A stretch of DNA of 60,291 bases from Girardia tigrina (Eukaryota): positions 63,151 through 123,441 of the forward strand of contig MQRK01248386.1 of the NCBI GenBank assembly GCA_001938485.1, in the 5' to 3' direction. Shown in pieces: positions 27,101 through 39,937 of this stretch. Numbering within the stretch: position 1 is the first letter of the stretch; every line of letters starts with the position of its first letter. Made by a program: the position numbers and the translations under genes. The notes below the pieces were generated by a model. The model saw only the letters and a list, made by a program, of their open reading frames with translations. It was not told the DNA's origin and made no database searches.

Positions 27101-30100
27101 TTCGGCTTGAATTTGTGTCAATTCATGAGACACTTCTCGACATCGTCTATTGACCTTGCCAAGAGCGTGAAGGTGTCGTACAATGGATGTTTGAGTAATA
27201 TCGAGTTCGGCCGACAATCAGCGAGTACTTATTGACGGATTTGTCTCGACGGCTTCACGAATTGCTCCGGAATCTACGGTGATATGTCAGCCTAAACGTG
27301 CATTGTCTCCGAGGTCAATGTCGCCTTCGTTGAATCTTTTGAACCAATTTTGTGCAGTACGATTTGAGACCACAGTTGCGTTTAAGCCCCGTTTCCAGTA
27401 ATGGCATAAAAGAACACGAATTTCAAAATTTTCCGTGATTTTTCTAAAAGACCATAAAAATTATATTAACGACTAATTAGAAGTTTTAATATATATCGTG
27501 ATAGCACAGTTCAAGAGCTTTAAAAACATATAACGCATGTATATAAAATATCTTTATTTGGTAATAAAAAACAATTGAACAAAAAGACATAGAAAATACG
27601 AAAAGACTTTTGGTTCCCCCTAATATGATTATTAATTACTTTTTAATTTACTACTAATTTATGGCTATCGTAATCGTTTGATAAGGAAATCTATTTTGTA
27701 TTATTATAAAAGAATAACAACAAATTATAATTATTAATAAAAATATTTTGTGATCAAAAATTATTATTATTTGTAATTAAAAAGGAAGAATGAAAATAAT
27801 TATAATTGTCAATCGGTTTTGTCAATCGAGTTCATCTTTTGAAGGGAGATTTATTGTTGATGACAACTGATTGATTAAATTACAATTTGGAGTCCTTTTC
27901 TATTTTCTGGAAACAGTATTTATTTACATTTTTATTATGGTTGTTGTGTGGATTATTATTATTATCTCACATTGGATTGAAAAATGTATCTTTCCAAGTT
28001 TGCTTTTTGATTAATAACAGAAAGTACTAATAAATAAAATTTGGTATAGGGTGGTCCAATAAAAATTTCTGTTTTATATACTTAGATGATATAAATTAAA
28101 GATCTCACTGTTTATTATGTATCAATAAGCACAATTATTAATAATTCGTGGATAAAGAAGGTTCTTATTTATGGACTGTTTGCATATTATATTATTTATA
28201 TTTACGTAAAAAACTTGTTCATTTTGTCTGATTGGTACAGTTTTCAGGTTTCCATAGAAATTGACTTGTGGTAGCAAAGTTGTTGCCCCTTAGCTACTGC
28301 TCTTTGTGCTGGACTCATTTAAAATTTATTAAATGATTTTTCATTTAAAATATTTTTTTAAATCGTTAAAAATTATCAAATTCAAAATTTTCAGTCAAAT
28401 AAAATGTTTAATTTCATCACACAATCAAATCAATTAGCTTTTGTCACAAACAATTCGCAAAGGTTAAACTTTTATCACAAAATGTCATTCAAAGAAACAA
28501 ATTCATAAAATAAATTGAAGAACTTATTTTTAAAATTTCGAACAATTTCATGAATTGAAAATAAATTCCTACTTTTAAATAATATTATTAATAAAAAAAA
28601 TTTTTTATAAAAACAACCACGTTTTTCAAGCATTACCAATGCACTAAAAAGAGGAAAATAATTTTTTTCTAGACGTGAGAAATTTTATACCTAACCAAAA
28701 ACGTGGGGCGGATTTCTGAATTACTGCTATTAATAACTGCAATTTCCTCTTTACTGCCATTTAGTAACAATCGATTATTTCTATGCCCCACGTTTTTGGT
28801 TAGGTATAAAATTTCGCACATGTATAGAAAGAAAATTATTTTCCTCTTTTTAGTGCATTGGTAATGCTTGAAAAACGTGGTTGTTTTTATAAAAAGTTTT
28901 TTTATTAATAATATTATTTAACTATTTTTAGTTATCATTTAGGATTTTTTTTTCAAAATTTTTTTTATCAAATTGTATTGTCATCGGAAGCAAGCATGTA
29001 TAAAACTTCATGAAAATAAACGAAAAGATTGCTATTTAATACAGTGTATAAATTTGTAGATAATCGTAAGTGGTTTTTGCAAAAAAAATTAGAAAAAATT
29101 ATTTTTTTTCAAAAATTTTTTTTATCAAATTGTATTGTCATCGGAAGCAAGCCTGTATAAAACTTCATGAAAATAAACGAAAAGATTGCTATTTAATACA
29201 GTGTATAAATTTGTAGATAATCGTAAGTGGTTTTTTGCAAAACAAATTAGAAAAAATTATTTTTTTTCAAAAATTTTTTTTATAATATTGTATTGTCATC
29301 GGAAGCAAGCCTGTATAAAAATATTCAGCTCAATTGGATAACTGAAAGTGGTCGAAAAATCAATTGCAAGATTTGTTCCAGACAGACAAACAAACAGACA
29401 AGAAAGCAAGCTAATAAAAACGTGGTAAAATAGAGCCAAATAGTAAAATGTAATTCAGAAAAACTCGTTCAAATTCAGATAAATGAAAATTCTTATAAAA
29501 TATTTGTTTTGAAAATCTAAAAAAATTGTAAACCCCGTAAATTGAATTCGTAAATAAGAAAAAAATTTGTAAAAATAAATTCAAAATCAGAAAGTTGTCA
29601 ACAAAAAACGCGACCAAAAAATCTAAAACAGTAAAAAATGTAAATTGCAATGAAATCGAAAAATCATCGATTTTCGAAATTTCATAAAATTGAAAATGAT
29701 TTTTAATCGCTTTTGGAAATGACGTTGCTAACTCTGATTGGTTAACCAATCAGAGAGAGTTATTCAACTCAACTACTTCAATCTCGGTACACAATCATTC
29801 GGCACACATTACCATTGATAATTTGAATCGAATAATGACACTAAAAATGAGCCGAACAAAGAAATCTTTGTTTGAGTTTTTAAATCGAATACAATTCAAA
29901 AATTCCAAATAGAAAAATTTTAATTATTGATTATTTAAAATTCTTTTTTTATTTAATTTAAATTATTTAATATATACATATAATATATACTTTCTGCCTT
30001 TATCTTTTGTATTTTTTACTATATATACAAAAGATAACAGCAGTAAGTAAATAAATCAGTGATAAATAATTCATCATGATAAAAAAGAACGATTCAAAGT

Positions 30101-33100
30101 TTTTGAACTATAAATTCGAATGTAATTGTCTTTTGAAGAGGGAATATTTCGAGATATGGATATAGATAATGAATATAATAAAAAATTCAATTTAAAATTT
30201 CGAAACATTGTCCATTATTTTAATTTATCTAGAAATAAGAAATAGAAATTTTTATAGGAATACCATATATCACCGTATATATTATTCCGCTTCAGTAACT
30301 GAATATCAACTTTGATTGGGATCTGAATATTTTACCCACTAAAAAGATTTAGTTTTATTATTATTATATACTTTAAGTCGAAAACATTTAGGCAATCTGA
30401 GATTTTTATTTTATTTTTCTTTATTTTTAATCAACTTTTTCCAAAATCATTCTTCTCTCTTCTGTATGACATGGTTTGAGAATTAACGATTCATTTTACC
30501 CTAAAGAATGATGTCAAACTAAAGTAGCTGGATCTCTACAGAAGTACTAAATCAACAGGAAAATCGCGTTGAGAAAAACATTACCAAGATAACTAAGAAT
30601 AATTTATTACAAAACGATTTCGTTACGTTTTTCAATAATCTGTTAAGAATTTCTTTTGAAAACACCAAACAATAATCGAAGAATTTCGATCAGACTTCTT
30701 CAATTTGTGAGGATCTTTACCTAACTCAGTCATATTTTTGGCTTCATGGAATTTCCATGTAACTTTTTATTTCAATAATAAAATATTAATTATTGTTATT
30801 ATGACAAAAATGGAAAATTCAGCGAAGTAAATTATATGAAAGGATCATAAAAAACTTAAATTAAACCAAGTTTGTAATATGTTATTCATTTTGATTTAAA
30901 TAAAAAATCTTAATTTTTTCAAACAATGATAAAAGGTAAAAGACGTCCACGTATGAAAGATCGTTAAGATTTATCTATTTATATATCTAATTACAATTAT
31001 AACCTGATGATAGTTTTTTCCACAGGACCGGATTAAAGAATTTTGATTCCACGGTTGATCTCTTCCTCCTATTTAAAGATGGTAATTTCCAAATATAATA
31101 ACCCTGGCTAATCAAAAGGTTTTCCATTGGACCTTAAATTTAAATATTTAAATACTCTTCAAATGAATAAGTCTTATACCAGCAAGTTTACAAGTTTTTC
31201 CGTCCCCAACAAATCCGGGATTACATTGACATAACATATTTGGCGATACTCCGATTTGTAAGCATTTACCGTTTACATCACAATCTTTTGTAACTTCACA
31301 TCCTAGTTCTTTAAAAAGTAGGTTATTAAATGATCCAAAAGGAATTCTAACTTATCGGTATACATATCTTTCCTGGACCTGTGAACAAGATACTACAATG
31401 ACAACGTTTGTCGGTTTTGCATATTGCATTGGGATCGCAATCTTTATTAGTCTTGCACTGATCTTTTGGAGCGCAACTAAGATAAGTCAAAAACAATAAT
31501 TTAAACATTGCTAAGGATAAATAATATCACAAAATGTTAATACATTTTATTTTGGATGTCCTATATGCTTTAGAGATTTACAAATAAAAATAATTTTTCT
31601 GTAATAAAAATTTGAAAATGTTTACTAATAAATAAAATTAGAAATCTGAAACTTATTCAATTTGATTTTTTAAATCTTTGGAATCATTTTAAACTAATAA
31701 TTCGATACAATCATAATTGAAAATAAGATTCCGACTAATTTGGTCTTTAATTATATAATCTTTTATTCATCTATTCTCTTTCCACATCAATATCTACTTT
31801 GTATAAAATCAAATTGACATAATTTATACTTAAAATAATTTTTACTGCCAATATATTTTTCTACTAAATACAAAACTCTGTTAAATGTGAAGGAAAATCG
31901 TATTATCAATATAAATGTGACAAGTGTGAATCATTGTACATTGGAGAGATAGAGAGAGATCGAAAAGTTCAAATGTCCCTTTCGCGGCTGTACCAAGTCA
32001 ACTACTGCAGCCGATTGGATGCTCAATCATGGTACCACAATCCATGAAACGATAAGAAGCCACGTTAACAAAAGCTACCGGACAGGGAAGCAATTGTCAA
32101 GAAGAAAGAGGTGATAATAGAATCACTTCCGCATCTTACTGTTTCAGGCACTACTAAATGGAACTCCCTTAATCATGCAATCAGAAGCGAAATACAAAGG
32201 TTGAGTAGAAAAAGAAAAAGAGCACCAATCAACCTGCGGTGGTTGGATGAGCACCTAGATGATCTTGCGATGATGATCAGAGAAAAATGGACAAGACGTT
32301 CAAAATTCGTAAAAGACAGAAACGACACAACGTACTCGAGGTGGAAGTCAAGCAGACTTCTTATTCCGATAAAGATTCGATAATTGAAACGGAAGAGCAG
32401 AAGCTCTTGTAGAGCAAATTGAAAAGATCCTTGCAAACGACGGTGAAGGGAAACTGAAAGAACTCATAACAGAGTTACGTGTTCTCTGTAACACACAATC
32501 AAAAGAGAACACAGCTTGCGCTCTCTCAACTCCGATAGGAAACGAAGAACTATCTGCACATTTGAAGAACTGGAGGTGGCAGTGAGGCAATTTAAGAGCG
32601 GTACAGCAGCAGACTCAGATGGGCTTATTCCTGAAGTATATAAATGGGGAGGTACGAATATCATCTCCCTACAGGAAATATGATTCAGGAATTTATGGGA
32701 CGGTGTGGAAGAGTTCCACCAAGTTGGTGAGAGGTCAGAGTGGTAATTCTCTTTCTAGGGAAAGGATCTCGTAAAGACCTGAATAACTATATAGGTATAT
32801 TCCTACTAGACGTAGGCGGTAAAGTCTTTGCGAGATATCTTGCTAATCGTATTACTCCGATAATTGAAGCCTCACTGGACGAATGGCAATTTGGATTCCG
32901 GACAGGCAGAGGAACGCAACAAGCTATCAGCATCTTGAAAAATCTACATTTTTGTAATCTTTATAGATCTGGAGAAAGCATTCGACAGCGTCCCCCGGGA
33001 GTCTCTCTGGAGCTGTTTAAAGAGACTAGGGATAAGAGGAGAATGATTGAAGTCATCAAAGCATCCCATAAGGAATTTAAAGGTTCAATAGGGGATAAAA

Positions 33101-36100
33101 CCTTCAATATGAACATAGGAGTTAGACAAGGTTGTATTTTATGTCCATTCCTATTCAATATAGTCTTCGATACAGTCCTGAAACGAGCGATATTGAATGG
33201 TCTCTCAGGAGGAGCAAAGATGACTACTGAAGATAGAAGCTGCCTCGAGATCAACAGACTCGATTGTAGATTTAGGACTAAAGATATCAATAAGACCAAA
33301 GTTATGAACCTAAACGGAGATAAGTGGGCCTCCCATCTCATTCGAATGGTATTGAGCCTCTAGGATCTTTAGAGGGTCCACCCAAACTAAAGAATCACTA
33401 GCAGCCCCCCGATAGGCCTCCTACGGGGTCGGATAGTTTCGGTCTCCGAGATCTTTTCGGCTTCCCTGTGAGAAACGACCACCCATGGGTTGTATAGCCA
33501 TGGTTCTGAATACCTTTGGCTGTATTCGTGGACTTCGTACAGCCGCGAAGGGGACATCTGAACTCCCCCCTTGCAGGTAGATCTGCAATCCTAAAAGTCA
33601 GATGTGTTTCTTCAGTACCTATCGCTTCTTCCACCGCCGTCGAGATAGTCGGGGGGTCCGTCACGGATTGAATCTGGTTGCCTGAAATGTTGAGGTTTTC
33701 TACGACTCTTTCTTCTGTGGTTGTACTGATTTGCGCTGGTGTCATTGTCGGTTCTCCAATTTCTTCTGTCTCCTACAATTTATGATCCCGGTAGAGGTGC
33801 CTTGTCAGCCACCCCTTCGTTTTGTACGACTTTTTGCATAGTGTGCATGGGAATGGTAATTGCTGTTGTTGTATCTCATTGAGCTGATCAGGATTAGCGG
33901 AAGTGGACACTGCGTGGTCCCTTTTCATGTGTCTGTTCAGCTCCTTCTTTTCGGCAAACTCCTTGTAGCATCTTTCTACTGGACATTGGTGACGTTTGTC
34001 TTTCTTGATCAGCTTCGGTACAGTTGTTCTTGTCCTATTGTGTCTTCCTGATCGAATTAAGGAGTTTATGTATGTTTCCCTCAATACAGTAGGATCTCTG
34101 TGATTGATGCGGTTGATCAAATATTCATATACCGCATCATCACCAAATAGCCACTGTATGTCCACTCGAAGACATTCCGAAATTGATTGTTTCTTTCTCC
34201 CACTGATCTTTTTCCCCATTTGTATTTCTCCCTTCCAGATTCGTTTGATTGTCTCGTACTCCTCTGAAGTTTCCGTCTTACTGTGGAAAGTAAGCCGTTT
34301 CATCGCGATAATATCCATGGGATGTGGGAGCCCAATGTCCAGGATGTCCATACGGATCTTTTCAATTTTGTGTTTCTTCCTAACTATGCGCGTGCATAGG
34401 TTATGAAGGGCATGCAATTTCTTAATGTTCTTGTCCGCAGTTCTCCAGCTTTCACAGCCGTAGTAGACTGGAGAATAGTAAACGGAGAATATGCATGCGT
34501 TGATTACTTTCTTCTTAATCCTCATATTCAGTTTGGAGCTCTTCAGCACTGGTCTCAGATCCCGGATCTTCTGGGTTCCTTTCTTGATTCTTTCTTTCAC
34601 TTCCGCGTCCACATTTCCCGCTGAAGAGATCGTGGATCCTAGGTAACAAGAGCTAGAGACCCACTCAATACTGGCCTCAAGTTGGTGCCCAGCAGTAAGG
34701 ATCCGAGTATCTCCATTTAGGTTCAAAACTTTGGTTTTACCGATGTTAATTTTGAGACCTAAATCTAAAAAGGATGCATTTAAAATGTTCAAATTATTTA
34801 TCAAGTTGTTCCAGTCCGTGTCGATGAGGCAGNNNNNNNNNNNNNNNNNNNNNNNNNNNNNNNNNNNNNNNNNNNNNNNNNNGACCTAAATCTAAAAAGG
34901 ATGCATTTAAAATGTTCAAATTATTTATCAAGTTGTTCCAGTCCGTGTCGATGAGGCAGAGATCGTCAGCATAGGCTAGTCTGTTGATCTCAAGGAAGCT
35001 TACATCTTCATGTTTCATCATCACTCCTCCAGAGAGACCGTTCAATATTGCTCTTTTCACAACCGTGTTGAATACAATATTGAACAGGAGCGGCCCTAAA
35101 ACACAACCTTGACGCACTCCTNNNNNNNNNNNNNNNNNNNNNNNNNNNNNNNNNNNNNNNNNNNNNNNNNNATGTTTCATCATCACTCCTCCAGAGAGAC
35201 CGTTCAATATTGCTCTTTTCACAACCGTGTTGAATACAATATTGAACAGGAGCGGCCCTAAAACACAACCTTGACGCACTCCTTTATCCATGTTGAAGGT
35301 TTCGTCACCTATAGAACATTCGAATCCCTCATGGAAAGCTTTGATGATCTCTAACCTTCTCCCCCTTATCCCTAGTCTCTTTAAACAGCTCCAGAGAGAC
35401 TCCCGGGGCACACTGTCGAATGCCTTCTCCAAGTCGATAAAAATAACATACATATTAATAGATGTACATATTAATGTTCTTGTATCGCACTTCCTCCTGC
35501 AATTTCCTCAAGATACTTATAGCCAACTGAGTTCCTCTGCCCGGCCGGAATCCATACTGCCACTCGTCCAGTATCGCTTCGGTGATCGGAGTGATTCGAT
35601 TCGCGATGATTCTAGCTAGAATCTTTTCTCCTAGATTTAAAAGAAAAATGCCTCGGTAGTTATTTGGATCTTTTCGAGAGCCTTTCCCTTTGAAAAGAAC
35701 CACCACTTTGGCTTCTTTCCAAATAGGTGGGAATGCCTCTAATCCGTTCCATATGTTCCTAAAGCACTCCTCCAGTAGGGTTAGTATTTTCACACCCCCC
35801 ACTTATAGATTTCAGGGATCAATCCATCAGATCCCGCGGCGGTTCCACTCTTCAACTGCTTCACTGCCTCTGTTATTTCTTCTCTCGTCGGAGGAGAATC
35901 CAAATCATCGAGATTTAGAGTNNNNNNNNNNNNNNNNNNNNNNNNNNNNNNNNNNNNNNNNNNNNNNNNNNNNNNNNNNNNNNNNNNNNNNNNNNNNNNN
36001 NNNNNNNNNNNNNNNNNNNNNNNNNNNNNNNNNNNNNNNNNNNNNNNTGATTTACAGAGGATACGTAGTTCCGTAGTGAGCTCCTTCAGTTTTCCTTCTC

Positions 36101-39100
36101 CATCATTGTTTAGTATCTTCTCGATTTGTTCGCTTAGAGCCTCGACTCTTTCACGTTTCCATCTTCTAATATTCTTCTGGAGAAGTATTCTGCTGGATTT
36201 CCACCTGGAAAAAGTGTCGTTGTTTCTATTCCTCACAAACACAGTGCGTCTCGCCCATTTTTCTATAATAAGTATCTTTAACTCCTCTAGGTGACCATGT
36301 AGCCACTTTTGATTCGGGGGAGTTCGCTTTGATCTTGTGCTTGCTCCTCGTACCACATCGCAGATCTTTTGATTGGTGGACTTCCAATNNNNNNNNNNNN
36401 NNNNNNNNNNNNNNNNNNNNNNNNNNNNNNNNNNNNNNNNNNNNNNNNNNNNNNNNNNNNNNNNNNNNNNNNNNNNNNNNNNNNNNNNNNNNNNNNNNNN
36501 NNNNNNNNNNNNNNNNNNNNNNNNNNNNACTCTGGCAGTTATAACTACCAGATCGTGGTCGGAACCACAGTCAAATCCTGGGTAGCTTCGGATGTCCGTG
36601 TACCTATTAGCTCGATTTCTTTCAATAAGAAAGAGATCAAGTAATGACCTGGATGTTGCAGGTTGAGTCCAGCTCGTTCTCTGGCTAAGTTATTTCCTGT
36701 AAAAGGTGTTTTCGACACGCAGTCCACATGATATCGCCATCTCGGTAAGCAGCTCTCCGTTCTCCGACGTCTTAACTCCAGTTGCGTAGATACCTACAAC
36801 CGATTTGCACTCTTCGGTGCTCTTCAACCTACANNNNNNNNNNNNNNNNNNNNNNNNNNNNNNNNNNNNNNNNNNNNNNNNNNNNNNNNNNNNNNNNNNN
36901 NNNNNNNNNNNNNNNNNNNNNNNNNNNNNNNNNNNNNNNNNNNNNNNNNNNNNNNNNNNNNNNNNNNNNNNNNNNNNNNNNNNNNNNNNNNNNNNNNNNN
37001 NNAAAAGCCGATCATTAATTGGTCTAAAATCCAGTTTGGTCGGGTCATCTTCTCTGATCATCAGCGCAACTCCTCTTTCTCTTCGTGTTCCAACTGCACA
37101 GCCACTGTGGAGAATTCGCCAAATTCAAATTAAACGGAGATACCAAAGTTCTCACCACCGGACACAGCTTGAGACTGGTATTGAGTGGGTATCCAAATTC
37201 GTCTATTTGAGTTCCACAATCTCCTAAAATGGAACCGATGAAGATGAGACAAGAGGAAAAATTCAAAAGGGTACCAGGACGATCAGGGACCTCAAAGCGG
37301 TTCTGAGGAGCTCCAAACTCTCATAACGGAACAAGAAGAAGATTGTCAGCTCTTGCATACTTCCCTGTAGTATACTACAGTTGTGAGAGTTGGCGAACAG
37401 GTAAGAAAACAATCAAGAAGCTGGTTGCCTTTCACAATTGGTGCACTCGCACAATCATGAAAGTGCAAAAGACTGAGAGGATACAGTTGGATACTATCGA
37501 AATTGGACTCCCGCTCCCCATGAATATCATTGCAAGCAGAAGACTTGCCTATCATAGCAGGTTGGACAATTCTGATACACGAAACATTGTTAGGTGTCTG
37601 TGGGGAGAAAGAAGCAAGCTCTCTCCGAATGCCTCAGAGAGGATATACAGTGGCTCTTTGCGGATAGTGCAACGTATGAAGACTTCATTCACCGCAGAGT
37701 CCACAGAGACCCAACTATAGAAAGAGAGCAATACATCAACTCCTTAATAAGAGAAGGGAAGCAGATCAGAACAAAAGCCGATCTGCCAAAATTACTCAAT
37801 GAGAGAGATAAACTCCTTCAATGTGCGATAGAAGGTAGCTTTAAGGAGTTCGCCAAGCAAAAAGAGCTGAATAGACATCTCAAATGGGATCACACGGAAT
37901 CCACAGTAAGCATTCCGCTTCAGCTCCCACAAGATGAAAAACAGTTTAAATCTACCAAATGCAGCAAAGGTTACAAAACGAAAGGATGGTTCAAGAGGCA
38001 TCTGCGTAAAGATCATCAAATACAGGTGAAGGAAAATATCAATGAACATCCGACAGAATCATCAGCGCAATCCAATAGAAGAAACGACAATCCAAACAGA
38101 GACGAAGAACCCACACTCATCCAAACGACCGACTTTCAGTCAGCAACAGTCACCCCGACTATTTCAACGGTTCTGGAGCAAACGACCTATCCCGAAGATA
38201 CACATTTGTCTTTTAGGATCGCAGATCCAAATGCGAGGGGAAAGTTCAAATGTCCCTTTCGCGGCTGTACCAAGTCCACCAATACAGCCAAAGGGATGCT
38301 CAATCATAGTACCACAATCCATGATTGGTCGTTTGCAACAGGGAAGCCCAAGAAATTTCGGAGACTGAATCACTCCGTCCCCGTAGGAGGCTTATCGGGG
38401 AGTAGCTAGCACTCTCTAGTTTGGGTGGACCCTCTAAAGAGCCTAGTGGCTCAATACCATTCGAAAGAGATGGGAGGCCTACATTGGAGAGATGGAATCA
38501 ACTGACATTAGCCCGATTTCCGTCTCGTAATTACTGTTAGTTATACCAAAATTTCATGTAATAAATTGCACAATTAATAATTTTCCTTGTAAAAAAATTT
38601 AAACAAAATGTCCACTTCATTTAGTAATTTAAAAATCAATTCACTGATCATATTATTTAAATAATATTTCATTTTAAATCCCGATTAAATTTCCAAATTA
38701 TATTTAATACAATTTTAATTATATATGTAAAGAGTTAACTGAAACTGACGTTTCAATGAACTATCTTTACTAAATAAAAATAATAAATAAAAAAGTTTTA
38801 AAAACCACGTTTTCATATGGACTAAAAAGAGGAAAATAATTTTTTTCTAGACATGTGAGAAATTTTATACCTAACCAAAAACGTGGGGCGGATTTCTGAA
38901 TTACTGCTATTAGTAACTGATATTTCCTCTTTACTGATTTTTTAGTAACAATCGATTATTTCTATGCCCCACGTTTTTGGTTAGGTATAAAATTTTTCAC
39001 ATGTCTAGAAAAAAATTATTTTCCTCTTTTTAGTCCATATGAAAACGTGGTTTTTAANNNNNNNNNNNNNNNNNNNNNNNNNNNNNNNNNNNNNNNNNNN

Positions 39101-39888
39101 NNNNNNNNNNNNNNNNNNNNNNNNNNNNNNNNNNNNNNNNNNNNNNNNNNNNNNNNNNNNNNNNNNNNNNNNNNNNNNNNNNNNNNNNNNNNNNNNNNNN
39201 NNNNNNNNNNNNNNNNNNNNNNNNNNNNNNNNNNNNNNNNNNNNNNNNNNNNNNNNNNNNNNNNNNNNNTCAGAACGATCGGATGAGTGGAAGTGGTCTA
39301 AAAAAGCGTGTGAAAAGTGAAACATCACAAACAAACAGAAAGACAGACAGAACCCAAAGCAAGTTAAGTAAAACGTGGTAATAAATGAATATGTAAAAAA
39401 ATTTTAATATAACGAACTTATATAATAAAATAATATACAAACAAACAGATATACATGTAGAACGAATACTGGCTTTGAATATCAACAAGTTCTGCATAAC
39501 ATTATCGTAACGTCTACACAAGATAAACGGTAAACGGAATTGAAATATAATAATAAAAAGAAATCGATATAATGTTCTGATAATTTGAGTTGCTATTCAG
39601 ATAATTATTTGCGATACAATAGTTAAGATTGGAGATTGAAATTGTGGTGGAAATTTGATATGACAAATGTTGTTGTAGAATTGAAATTGACAATTCATTG
39701 TTTCTCTTTTGATTCATTATCTATTGGATTTAGAACTGTTTTTTGATACACGTGAATAATTCTTCTGTTTATGACAAAAGATCAGAATAAATCCAAAAAA
39801 TTGTTGTCGTAAACGCTTATGATTTAACAGTTTCATATTTGCATTTTTAATTCTTGAAATCTATATCTGTATTGATTTTTTATTACTA

Positions 39889-39937
<49 letters not shown>

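Noticed and set aside
28944-29330. Regularly spaced repeats resembling a CRISPR array
   Set aside because: Whole ~157-bp units are repeated with no unique spacers, there are no cas genes, and the context is eukaryotic.
28200-30765. Short open segments at about 28206-28288 and 30721-30762 as extra host exons
   Set aside because: They have weak acceptors and no domain similarity. Direct splicing from 31004 to 21143 gives a continuous nidogen-G3-like sequence.
34765-35290. Apparent tandem duplications of RT segments (GVRQGCVLGPLLFN twice)
   Set aside because: The identical sequences flank fixed 50-N gaps, which indicates unmerged contig overlaps (assembly artifact).
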